DNA from: Nitrosarchaeum sp.
GTDB taxonomy: Archaea; Thermoproteota; Nitrososphaeria; Nitrososphaerales; Nitrosopumilaceae
Direction: 5' to 3'
DNA length: 32,000 nucleotides
NCBI GenBank assembly: GCA_965223865.1
Contig: OZ245020.1
Coordinates: 678,971-710,970, forward strand
Of the stretch, positions 15,406 through 23,641 are shown one piece after another. Position 1 is the first letter of the stretch, and the number at the start of each line of letters is the position of its first letter. A program made the translations under genes and the position numbers. Below the pieces are notes generated by a model. That model worked only from the letters and a program-made list of their open reading frames with translations. It ran no database searches and had not been told where the DNA came from.

Positions 15406-15792
15406 CTATTTTGGATGTTTAATTCCACGAGCATTCAATACTTCGTAGACATCTGGAAGTGAAAAGACAAATCCAATATGAACACAATCTTTTTCGTCAC
15501 AAAGCTGACAAAACAACTCTCCTTTCTGAACTGCAACTTCGGCAATTCTGTTTTTGATATTGTCCTTCAGAATAACTCTATCATCATCGACTGAAATTTT
15601 TTCAATTTTTGGAGCATATCTTGCAAACGTTTTGTCCTTTTGCATCATCTCCTCTAACATGAAAGTAACATAACCTGAAAAGCTGTTAACTCCCTTCATC
15701 GCTAGATCTTCTTTATTTTTCTGATACACATCTTGGAATTTATCGTAGACGGTCTCAGAAACGGTAATTGATTTGAATCCAGCTTTCGGCAA
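15406..15792 (-). CDS. Putative ribbon-helix-helix (CopG-like) DNA-binding protein with C-terminal Cys/His cluster
   Basis: 128 aa. The N-terminal pattern (KSITVSETVYDKFQDVY, then SFSGYVTFMLEEMM) fits a strand-helix-helix fold. The C-terminal CQLCDEKDCVH suggests metal binding. No family name can be assigned with confidence. Confidence 0.4.
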   Translation of the reverse strand: MPKAGFKSITVSETVYDKFQDVYQKNKEDLAMKGVNSFSGYVTFMLEEMMQKDKTFARYAPKIEKISVDDDRVILKDNIKNRIAEVAVQKGELFCQLCDEKDCVHIGFVFSLPDVYEVLNARGIKHPK

Positions 15793-15868
15793 TTTACTTT
15801 CCTCTTACCGTACAATAAAGTACAGAAGTATTTAAGATTTTATTTGCAAAATCAAGTTATTTGGGTGA

Positions 15869-16804
15869 ATGGAAATTAGTCTTTATACCATACCTTTATT
15901 CAAGAGCACTATGGGTCGAGGATATCAAGCTGAAGATATCAGGGAAAAGCTGATTGATGTTTTTGGAGATTCTAAAACTGGAATGTCAGGAGTTGAGATT
16001 TCTGAAAAGATTGGCATCAACAGAGTTACTATGACAAAATATTTGAAAATTTTTTCGGCAGAGGGATTTCTTCGTCAAAAAAATATTGGAAATGTGACCT
16101 TGTGGTTTTTAGAACCAGGACAAGAATCCTTTGATTTTCCCGCTGATTATTTCAGAGTTGCCTCATTGTACCTTGAAAGTCTCTTAAAAGGAACTGAGAG
16201 TCAAATTTATTCTCTAATAAGAAATTGTATTCATTCTGGAGTATCTCCAAATAGATTTGTAGTTGAGGTCATATTTCCAGCCATTCATGCTGTAAAGGAG
16301 ATGTATAATGATGGGAAAATTGGAAGTTCTGAGAAAAAATTACTGGAAAATACCATCTCAAAATCTATTCAAATCTTTAATCAATCTCAAATTGAACCAA
16401 ACCCTAAAAGAAATATCATTGTAATTTCAGCAGATCCTGATAGTAGTCTTATTTCTGAAGCAGCTTCGGCCTCATTTTATTCTGATGGTTGGAAAGTTTT
16501 TCATCTTGGGGATATGTCTTCTGCAATCGATGTTCTATTTGACCTTGATTTGCAGAAATTAATGGGCAAAGTTTGGAAACAAAAATCAGGATTTATGGTA
16601 GTTGTAGTCTTTTCTAAAACAGAAGAGGGGCTGAACTTTTTTGCAGACTCTGTAAATTCAGTAAAAGAAAAATTGGGTAAAAAAATTAGATTAGCACTTT
16701 GTGGCAAAGTAGGAAAAAAGTTCAAAATTCAATCAGATTTCATATCTGAAAAATTTGAAGATCTATTACAGTGGTCTAAAATGGTATATCAAAGCCCAAA
16801 ATAG
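15869..16804 (+). CDS. Winged-HTH transcription regulator with C-terminal B12-binding-like (helical bundle plus Rossmann-like) domains
   Basis: 311 aa. The N-terminal region MSGVEISEKIGINRVTMTKYLKIFSAEGFLRQ is wHTH-like. The middle and C-terminal parts (VEVIFPAIHAVKEMYNDGKIGSSEKK, then IIVISADPDSS...GWKVFHLG) resemble B12-binding_2 plus B12-binding architecture. The canonical DxHxxG motif is missing. The true start may be M15. Confidence 0.4.
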   Translation: MEISLYTIPLFKSTMGRGYQAEDIREKLIDVFGDSKTGMSGVEISEKIGINRVTMTKYLKIFSAEGFLRQKNIGNVTLWFLEPGQESFDFPADYFRVASLYLESLLKGTESQIYSLIRNCIHSGVSPNRFVVEVIFPAIHAVKEMYNDGKIGSSEKKLLENTISKSIQIFNQSQIEPNPKRNIIVISADPDSSLISEAASASFYSDGWKVFHLGDMSSAIDVLFDLDLQKLMGKVWKQKSGFMVVVVFSKTEEGLNFFADSVNSVKEKLGKKIRLALCGKVGKKFKIQSDFISEKFEDLLQWSKMVYQSPK

Positions 16805-16809
16805 AGAAA

Positions 16810-16896
16810 TGGGCCCGATGTGATTCGAACACATGACCTTTCGATTTCTGAATGGTTTATCAGTCGAACGCTCCAGCCAAGCTGAGCTACGAGCCC
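16810..16896 (-). tRNA. tRNA-Ile (anticodon GAU) with a 12-nt intron at 37/38 (16846..16857)
   Basis: The reverse strand reads GGGCTCG TA GCTC AGCTTGGCTG GAGC G TTCGA CTGATA[AACCATTCAGAA]A TCGAA AGGTC ATGTG TTCGAAT CACAT CGGGCCC A. The bulge-helix-bulge has central helix CTGA/TCAG flanked by 3-nt bulges TAA and AAA. Confidence 0.85.
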
Positions 16897-16929
16897 ACAG
16901 AAAAACCTCTAGGCAAGAGTCATTTAAGT

Positions 16930-17484
16930 TTAATTTTCTTTCCACTTGATTGAGCAACCAATTGACGGATCAAAGTCTTTTTCAATTGTTTCTCCGGTAA
17001 GTAGTTTTTCGATATTGTTTATCATTGTTTTTTCTGTGGGAGTATCATCTGGTTTCATAGCATTATCAATTCTTCCATGAAAAACAAGTTCTTTTTTGTT
17101 GTTAAATAAGAAAGGATCAGGTGTACACATTGCACCATATTTTTTAGCAATTTCTTGAGTCTCATCAACTAAATAATCAAATTTGAATTCCTTCTCTTGA
17201 GCAGTTTTTTTCATGTTATCAAAACTATCTTCTGGATAATTGGTAGAGTCATTACTGTTAATTCCAACAATTGCAATTTTATCCCCAAATTTTTTATAAA
17301 TCTCGTTGAATGCATCTGACTTTGCTTTCACATACGGACAGTGGTTGCACATGAAAATTACTAGAATTCCTTGATGATTTGTATAATCATCAATTGTGTG
17401 TTTTTTATCATCTATTCCTAAAAGTTCAAAATTTGGTGCAATATCACCCTTCTTTAATTTGACCTGAGATTCTAAAAGTACCAT
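16930..17484 (-). CDS. Thioredoxin-fold redoxin (AhpC/TSA-TlpA-like thiol-disulfide oxidoreductase)
   Basis: 184 aa. It has a CxxC active-site context, VIFMCNHCPYVKA, and the N-terminal GDIAPNFEL pattern typical of the redoxin family. Confidence 0.75.
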   Translation of the reverse strand: MVLLESQVKLKKGDIAPNFELLGIDDKKHTIDDYTNHQGILVIFMCNHCPYVKAKSDAFNEIYKKFGDKIAIVGINSNDSTNYPEDSFDNMKKTAQEKEFKFDYLVDETQEIAKKYGAMCTPDPFLFNNKKELVFHGRIDNAMKPDDTPTEKTMINNIEKLLTGETIEKDFDPSIGCSIKWKEN

Positions 17485-17564
17485 GACGTGACAATGATTT
17501 TTTCAAATAAAATCCTTCCCAAGAAGACAACAATTAAAATCCACACAATAATCATTCTTGATGT

Positions 17565-17638
17565 GGGCTGGTAGTATAGCCTGGTAGTATACCCGCCTTG
17601 CACGCGGGGGGTCATGGGTTCAAATCCCGTCCAGTCCA
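17565..17638 (+). tRNA. tRNA-Ala (anticodon UGC)
   Basis: GGGCTGG TA GTAT AGCCTGGTA GTAT A CCCGC CTTGCAC GCGGG GGGTC ATGGG TTCAAAT CCCGT CCAGTCC A. The G3:U70 alanine identity pair is present. Confidence 0.9.
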
Positions 17639-17712
17639 CTTTCAATATCCGATCAATTCTGAAATTCAGATTACTGGATGGATTTAAATAGGATAAGTTT
17701 TGGTTTCAATAC

Positions 17713-17820
17713 ATGGCAAGTTATACAGACGCATGGCCTGTGTGGATTCCGCTCATTGTAGGTTTAACTCCAGGATTCATTTACTGGATTGCAATTACTG
17801 CAATGAAGAAAAGAAGATAA
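17713..17820 (+). CDS. Possible 35-aa hydrophobic micro-protein (below the ORF-track cutoff)
   Basis: The ATG..TAA frame translates to MASYTDAWPVWIPLIVGLTPGFIYWIAITAMKKRR, one TM helix with a basic tail. It is followed by a T-rich stretch. There is no other evidence. Confidence 0.3.
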   Translation: MASYTDAWPVWIPLIVGLTPGFIYWIAITAMKKRR

Positions 17821-17949
17821 AAATTTTAATCCATTTTTAATCTCTTTTTATTGAAATTCCATAGTGGAAACTGGGTTAAAGGTTGCTACCTTTTTTGTTG
17901 ACTATATGATATATCATACAACATTAATCCCTTTTTTAATTAATTTTAT

Positions 17950-19014
17950 ATGAAGAAAATTTTTCTTAGTTTATTTCTGATTTTAATGCTATTTCCAATT
18001 TCACAAAGTTACTCTCAAACGTATGACAAGGAGCCTACCTTATCAGTCAAACTTACAAGTGAATCCCCTTATGTATATCAGGATGACGAAGGATACACCA
18101 TAGTTGTTGGTTCTGTTGAAAATACTAATCCCTTAACTGCAGTTACCAATGTACAAATTCGCGCAACATTTTACGACTATGTTAGTTTTAGTCCTCTAGA
18201 AGTTGTCAAAGGAGGTACAGTCTTAGATGTAATTCCTTCACTTGGTACATCCCCATATGTGATAAAGTCAAACACACCCAATCCTCAAATTACTCAAGCA
18301 ACTGTTTTTCTAGAAACCTTTGATTCATCTCTTTCAAAATCCAAACTTCTTATCCTAGAATCAACAGATATCTTTGTAAAGGATAGTCTTGTATTTTCTG
18401 GAATTTTAACAAATGGACCTGCCCCTGCAACTGATGCAAATGTTTACTTGGCTTTCTATGATGCATTTGAGCCTCCCAGAATTTTGGGCATCTCTACAAT
18501 TCCTATTGGCGAAATGGAACCAAACGAGAAAATTCCATTTGAATTCAATAAAAAAATAGATCCTAGATCTGTAGGATTTAACCTGTTTTCTGAATCTGAT
18601 GTATTTTACTCAGATTTTATTAATATTGAAATTCCAGATCCTGAAATACTAACCAAACGGGTGACCATATCTGATGTTTCGGTAACTGATTTCCAGGGAA
18701 ATAGTCTTCCTGAAATAAAACTAGGCACTACAGTAAAAATTCAAAGTGATTCATGGATAGAACTATCACCTGATCATACATCAAATGAGATACCATACAG
18801 ATACTATGTCCAAATAAAGGAATCTGGTGAAAAACCCTATGTTGAATTTATTGGAAAATATGATGGCCGATACATTGAAGGTGGTTCACAAACTCAATCA
18901 ATTGACTGGATTCCAGAAAAAAGAGGTGTATTTTTCATAGAGACCTTTGTCTGGGATAGAAGCAATGTACCAATAGCAGACCCAGGCCCTATTGCATTAA
19001 TTATAGTAAGCTAG
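17950..19014 (+). CDS. Exported protein of unknown function (signal peptide, beta-rich)
   Basis: 354 aa. The N-terminal MKKIFLSLFLILMLFPISQSYSQ is signal-peptide-like. The remainder is Ser/Thr/Val/Pro-rich with no motif I recognise. Confidence 0.5.
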   Translation: MKKIFLSLFLILMLFPISQSYSQTYDKEPTLSVKLTSESPYVYQDDEGYTIVVGSVENTNPLTAVTNVQIRATFYDYVSFSPLEVVKGGTVLDVIPSLGTSPYVIKSNTPNPQITQATVFLETFDSSLSKSKLLILESTDIFVKDSLVFSGILTNGPAPATDANVYLAFYDAFEPPRILGISTIPIGEMEPNEKIPFEFNKKIDPRSVGFNLFSESDVFYSDFINIEIPDPEILTKRVTISDVSVTDFQGNSLPEIKLGTTVKIQSDSWIELSPDHTSNEIPYRYYVQIKESGEKPYVEFIGKYDGRYIEGGSQTQSIDWIPEKRGVFFIETFVWDRSNVPIADPGPIALIIVS

Positions 19015-19046
19015 TAGATTTATTTTATAACAATCCATCTCTTATC

Positions 19047-19511
19047 ATGTCCGAATTTAATCTAGTTGCAATGGGTGGGACATTTGATATTATTCACAAA
19101 GGCCACATTACATTACTTACAAAGGCATTTTCAATCTCATCTAAAGTGATTATTGGCCTTACCAGTGATGAGTTAGCAAAAAGAAAAGGTAAAAAAATTC
19201 AAAATCAATATGATATAAGAAAAGAAAATTTAGAAAATATGATTAAAATCAAATTTCCAAATATCTCGTATCAAATAAGCAAATTAGACAATGATTTTGG
19301 TCCTGCTGTTTTAGAAGAAGGAGTTCAGGCATTGGTGGTAAGTGAAGAGACAGAAAATCAGGGTTCAGTATTAAATCAACTTCGGTCTGAAAAGAACCTA
19401 ACTCTAGTAAAAGTAGTGGTAGTTCCAATGGTCATGGCAAAAGATGGAAATCGAATATCTACAACTAGAATAAAAAACTGCGAAATAGATACTCAAGGAA
19501 ACTTGTCTTGA
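19047..19511 (+). CDS. Archaeal-type phosphopantetheine adenylyltransferase (cytidylyltransferase fold)
   Basis: 154 aa. It has the nucleotidyltransferase motif GGTFDIIHKGH and a C-terminal ISTTRIKNCEID motif resembling ISSTRIR..GEID of archaeal PPAT. Confidence 0.65.
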   Translation: MSEFNLVAMGGTFDIIHKGHITLLTKAFSISSKVIIGLTSDELAKRKGKKIQNQYDIRKENLENMIKIKFPNISYQISKLDNDFGPAVLEEGVQALVVSEETENQGSVLNQLRSEKNLTLVKVVVVPMVMAKDGNRISTTRIKNCEIDTQGNLS

Positions 19512-19575
19512 GTTGACTAGATGATTGTTAATTTTTTAGTAATCGGAATAAAACAATATTTCTGAATTTAGTCCT

Positions 19576-19905
19576 ATGGCAATCATAAATAACATGATGA
19601 AAAAAATCAATTCAGATATCTCTTATCTTCAACAAGGTCTTCACCCTGAAAATCTATCTTATTGGTACGATAAAATAATTAAAGAAACAATTGAGATGGC
19701 ACCTCCGTGGCTTGAAGACAAGATCAAAGTCAAACAGGACCCAATTCTTACCATGAAATTTAATTTAGATATCTCAAAAAGAGCAGTCAGATACTTTATG
19801 ATTGCAGTTGATAATAACTTGGATGATATGCCATCTTCAACTAAACTGTATTTTCTCAAGGTTCAAGAAATGTTGGGAATTGAAATGGACAAATCTCTGG
19901 TTTGA
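19576..19905 (+). CDS. Hypothetical protein
   Basis: 109 aa ORF on a codirectional strand with plausible spacing. No recognisable motif. Confidence 0.4.
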   Translation: MAIINNMMKKINSDISYLQQGLHPENLSYWYDKIIKETIEMAPPWLEDKIKVKQDPILTMKFNLDISKRAVRYFMIAVDNNLDDMPSSTKLYFLKVQEMLGIEMDKSLV

Positions 19906-19970
19906 TTATAGTTTCAGGCATAAGTTATAGCTCTAACTATCTATAACCATAAAACTTTGAATAATTAACG

Positions 19971-20669
19971 ATGGACCTTTACAAAGCAAAATATTCTGAT
20001 AAAAAATCTGGAAGAATTTCTAAATCAAACAAAAATAGATTTGATAGAAATTTCCGAGATACCCCTCGCTCTTTTAGGAATTCTCGTCAATCTAATTCTA
20101 AATTTGATAGAAATAGAGAATTGTTTAACGTAACCTGTGGCGATTGTGGAATAGAATGTAAAATTCCTTTTGAGCCAAAATTTAACAAACCTGTTTACTG
20201 TAGCAAATGCTTTGAAAAAAATGAACCAAGAAAATCAAGAAGATCAAGCAATTCTAAAGATGACCGATCCCGAGAAAGATATTCCAGGGATATCAATAAA
20301 CCAAAAAAATCAAAAAGTGATAAATTTCAAAAAAAGCAAGAGAGTTTCTATTCAGGTGGTTCTGAAAAATTTTATGAATCTCTTAAAGAAAAATTATTTG
20401 AGATCCTTGGGGGTAAGGTATGTTCTAGTTGTGGGTTTAGAGATGTAAGAGCATTAGGATTTACACACATTTACGATACTGATGCTTTTGATCGAATTCG
20501 AAGAGGTGGATTTGCATCATCATGGGGAAAATATATCGCTGAACCTGATTTGGCTAGAAAAGAACTACGAATTCTTTGCTTGAATTGTAATGAAATAAGA
20601 GAACCTCAAAGAAAAACAGAATCTGAAAAACCCAAAAAAAGAGCCGATATTTTCCACGATGATCATTAA
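19971..20669 (+). CDS. Basic low-complexity protein with a CxxC-x17-CxxC zinc module and a C-terminal HNH-like CxxC...CxxC module
   Basis: 232 aa. It has an Arg/Lys/Ser/Asn-rich N-terminus with repeated FDRN. The first zinc module is CGDCGIECKIPFEPKFNKPVYCSKC (17-residue spacer). The C-terminal module is CSSCGFRDVRALGFTHIYD...ILCLNCNEIRE, which resembles a degenerate HNH/beta-beta-alpha-metal finger. Confidence 0.5.
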   Translation: MDLYKAKYSDKKSGRISKSNKNRFDRNFRDTPRSFRNSRQSNSKFDRNRELFNVTCGDCGIECKIPFEPKFNKPVYCSKCFEKNEPRKSRRSSNSKDDRSRERYSRDINKPKKSKSDKFQKKQESFYSGGSEKFYESLKEKLFEILGGKVCSSCGFRDVRALGFTHIYDTDAFDRIRRGGFASSWGKYIAEPDLARKELRILCLNCNEIREPQRKTESEKPKKRADIFHDDH

Positions 20670-20725
20670 AAATCACTCTTGAGAATTTGTTAACACTTTA
20701 ATTATAATAATTTTGGACTAATTTT

Positions 20726-20809
20726 ATGAGTGGAGACTTTAAGGCACTAGGACTAAGTCTAATTGCAATGGTTGGAATAATTGCATTTTATGCAGCATTT
20801 ATGAAATAG
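20726..20809 (+). CDS. Possible 27-aa hydrophobic micro-protein (below the ORF-track cutoff)
   Basis: The ATG..TAG frame translates to MSGDFKALGLSLIAMVGIIAFYAAFMK, a single TM helix. It sits in a 140-nt gap between convergent genes. Confidence 0.25.
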   Translation: MSGDFKALGLSLIAMVGIIAFYAAFMK

Positions 20810-20810
20810 T

Positions 20811-21092
20811 TCATCCTTTGACAATTTCTACATCCTGTTCCAAAACTAACGTTGAAATTATCTTATGCTCTTTATCAATTACTGACTGAATAAAATCTGC
20901 AAAAATTTCTACGTGATTTTCATCTTTTAGAAGAATACTGTGAGCTGATTTGTCCTTTAGGGAAACTACTAACTCATTTTCTATAACATTAAGAATTGAT
21001 GTGATAAATGTCTCCTTTGCTTCTTTGATAAAAATTAGACTGGCAAGTTTTTGAGCCTCATATTTGTCTTCACAACTTACTCGAATTTTCAT
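20811..21092 (-). CDS. Hypothetical protein translationally coupled to trpS
   Basis: 93 aa. Its start overlaps the trpS stop (ATGA at 21089..21092). No recognisable motif. Confidence 0.45.
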   Translation of the reverse strand: MKIRVSCEDKYEAQKLASLIFIKEAKETFITSILNVIENELVVSLKDKSAHSILLKDENHVEIFADFIQSVIDKEHKIISTLVLEQDVEIVKG

Positions 21093-22201
21093 TTATTCTC
21101 AAAAAGAAATTGGTCTATCTGGTCTTTTGCTTTTTCTCTTTTTTCTTGATGCACAGAAAGGAATTGATTTATTTTTTCAATCAAAATAGCCTTTAACTCA
21201 CCAGTTAACATTTTTCCAGATTTGTAATCCTCATAGATGGAATTGAGTTTGCCGTCGTCTGGTTCAAAGAATATTCTGAGATATTGATATGAAACATCAA
21301 TGTCTGGATTTCCTCCTATCTTTCTATGTTGCTCTATATCTGGCTGTCCTCCTGAAAATGCATACTTGTTGATTTTCTTTTTTACAACATTTGGAGAGTC
21401 AGTAGTGTATACAGTTCCATTTTCATCAGATGCTGACATCTTTCCACCAGGTCCTCCTAATCCTGGAATCATAATATTGTGAACCAGAGCAGGTTTGGGT
21501 TTTCCAATTTTTGGTGCAATGTCTCGAGTTAATCTGAAATGTGGATCCTGATCAACACCTAATGGAATCAAAACAGGTTTGTCTTCAATAAAACAGGGTG
21601 CCGATTGCAAAGATGTATAGAAAATCATTCCAATGTTGGTTTCGTTTGTAAATCCAAAGACTGCTTTAGTATTTGAAAAGTTTATTTTTTTTGCAACTTG
21701 AGCAGCTATTGGATATAGAGTTTGAATATTTTTTGTATTGATTATTATCTTAGTGTTTTCAGGTCTAAATCCAAGTGCAATGAAGTCAAGTGCATTTTCA
21801 TAAGCAAATTTGCTGGTATCTTCCAAACTCAAATTTTGTTTTGAGAAGAATTTTTCATCATCAGTTAGTTGAAAATACATATTTACTCCAAATTTTTCCT
21901 GTAACCATTTTGCAAAAACCCATGGAACTAAATGACCAATATGAGTATGACCTGACGGACCACGGCCAGTATAAAGAAAGAATTTTTCTCCTTTTTCATA
22001 ATCTTCTAAAATTCTACTCATCTCTCGATGTGAGAAAAAAATACCTCTTCTTAACATAAAATGGTCCTCTCCTGCAATTTTCTTTATTTTATCTAAAACT
22101 GCATTTGAAATTTTTTCAGTACCAAACTTCTTTATCAGTTTATCATAATCAATATCCCCTTCCACATGCCAAGGAGTTACAACAAAGTCATCAACTGACA
22201 T
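21089..22201 (-). CDS. trpS: Tryptophanyl-tRNA synthetase (archaeal/eukaryotic type)
   Basis: 370 aa. The N-terminus is VTPWHVEGDIDYDKLIKKFG. The HIGH-type motif is PSGHTHIGH and the KMSKS-type motif is KMSAS. Confidence 0.85.
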   Translation of the reverse strand: MSVDDFVVTPWHVEGDIDYDKLIKKFGTEKISNAVLDKIKKIAGEDHFMLRRGIFFSHREMSRILEDYEKGEKFFLYTGRGPSGHTHIGHLVPWVFAKWLQEKFGVNMYFQLTDDEKFFSKQNLSLEDTSKFAYENALDFIALGFRPENTKIIINTKNIQTLYPIAAQVAKKINFSNTKAVFGFTNETNIGMIFYTSLQSAPCFIEDKPVLIPLGVDQDPHFRLTRDIAPKIGKPKPALVHNIMIPGLGGPGGKMSASDENGTVYTTDSPNVVKKKINKYAFSGGQPDIEQHRKIGGNPDIDVSYQYLRIFFEPDDGKLNSIYEDYKSGKMLTGELKAILIEKINQFLSVHQEKREKAKDQIDQFLFENK

Positions 22202-22252
22202 TTATTTTGACTTAGGTTAAGGTTTAAAAAGTCTTTTTCGAACTTTCTGCTG

Positions 22253-23641
22253 TTGTCACAAGTTTTTCATGAGATTGAAAAAAAAATTATCACAGCTCTA
22301 AAAGAGACTTCAAAACAATCAATGGAAGAACTTGAAAAATCAACCAATCTTTCACCTGATCAAATTAGAAGAGGAATAGAGTGGCTTAGATTAAAGGACT
22401 TGGCAAATGTTAGTGAATCAAAAACCATTACTCTTTCACTTGGGAAAAATGGTATTGAAGCATTTGAAAAAGGATTGCCTGAAAAAAGATTACTTGATTT
22501 ACTAAAAGACACGCCAAAAAAAATCAAGGATTTACAAAGAGAACTTGGTTCTATTTTTGGTCCAGCAATGGGTTTAGCACGAAAAAACAATTGGATTGAA
22601 TCTTCAAATGATGAAATTATTTTAAAAAACTATCCTGATAATCTCCCAGGAGAAAATACCATAAAAAAAATTGGAAAAGGCAAAGAACTCAAAAACCAGA
22701 TTAATAAAAATGACTTAACTAGTCTTTTAAAAAGACCTGATTTTATAGTTGAGGAGGTAATATCCTCAAAGGAAATCTCTCTAACAGAGAATGCGAAATC
22801 CATTAAAATCTCTGAATCTCAAGGAGCCATTGATGTTGAAGCCAAAGTTCCTGAGATATTTGTAGCAAGAACTCATCCTCTAAAAGATACGATTGATGAA
22901 ATTCGGGAAATTTTTGTCACATTGGGATTCACTGAAATCATTGGCAACCTGACTCAATCAAGCTTTTGGAATTTTGATGCATTATTTACTCCTCAAGATC
23001 ATCCTGCAAGAGAATTACAAGATACATTCTATCTTAATGGCATATCTGCAAAAAAGATTGGAACCTCAGAGCAGATAAGAAAAGTTTCTGAATCTCATAA
23101 GAAAGGATGGAATTATCTTTGGGATATTAATGAAGCCAGAAAAGTGGTTTTACGAACTCATACGACTTGTGTAACGATTAAACATCTAGCAGAAAACAAA
23201 CCTGATGAAGCAAGAGTTTTTTCACTGGGACGCGTGTTCAGAAATGAAAAAGTTAGCTACAAACATCTCGTAGAATTTAATCAAATAGAAGGAGTTGTTG
23301 TAGGAAAAAATGCAACACTTCGAGACTTGATGGGAATTCAAAGAGAATTCTATAAAAGGATTGGAATTACAAAAATAAAGTTCTGGCCTACATTTTTCCC
23401 ATACACAGAACCATCTCTGCAAACAATGGTTTTCAATGACCGATTAGGAAAATGGGTAGAACTATTTGGGATGGGTATTTTTAGACCTGAAGTGACAAAA
23501 CCCCTTGGAATCAATAAACCAGTTTTAGCTTGGGGTGGTGGGATAGAGAGAATTGCCATGTTAAAGTACGGTCTTGATGATGTAAGAGAATTTTACAATA
23601 ATGATCTTAATTGGTTAAGGAGTGCAACAAATTGCCAGTAG
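22253..23641 (+). CDS. pheS: Phenylalanyl-tRNA synthetase alpha subunit
   Basis: 462 aa with a TTG start in the track. It has N-terminal wHTH repeats and a class II catalytic core (FTPQDHPARELQDTFYL, VLRTHTT, FRNEKVSYKHLVEFNQIEG, GGGIERI). Confidence 0.9.
   Translation: MSQVFHEIEKKIITALKETSKQSMEELEKSTNLSPDQIRRGIEWLRLKDLANVSESKTITLSLGKNGIEAFEKGLPEKRLLDLLKDTPKKIKDLQRELGSIFGPAMGLARKNNWIESSNDEIILKNYPDNLPGENTIKKIGKGKELKNQINKNDLTSLLKRPDFIVEEVISSKEISLTENAKSIKISESQGAIDVEAKVPEIFVARTHPLKDTIDEIREIFVTLGFTEIIGNLTQSSFWNFDALFTPQDHPARELQDTFYLNGISAKKIGTSEQIRKVSESHKKGWNYLWDINEARKVVLRTHTTCVTIKHLAENKPDEARVFSLGRVFRNEKVSYKHLVEFNQIEGVVVGKNATLRDLMGIQREFYKRIGITKIKFWPTFFPYTEPSLQTMVFNDRLGKWVELFGMGIFRPEVTKPLGINKPVLAWGGGIERIAMLKYGLDDVREFYNNDLNWLRSATNCQ

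Noticed and set aside
17905-17918. Perfect 14-nt palindrome TATGATATATCATA upstream of the exported-protein gene
   Set aside because: It is purely A/T-rich apart from one G/C pair per arm, and it sits where a TATA box is expected. Such palindromes arise by chance in this composition.
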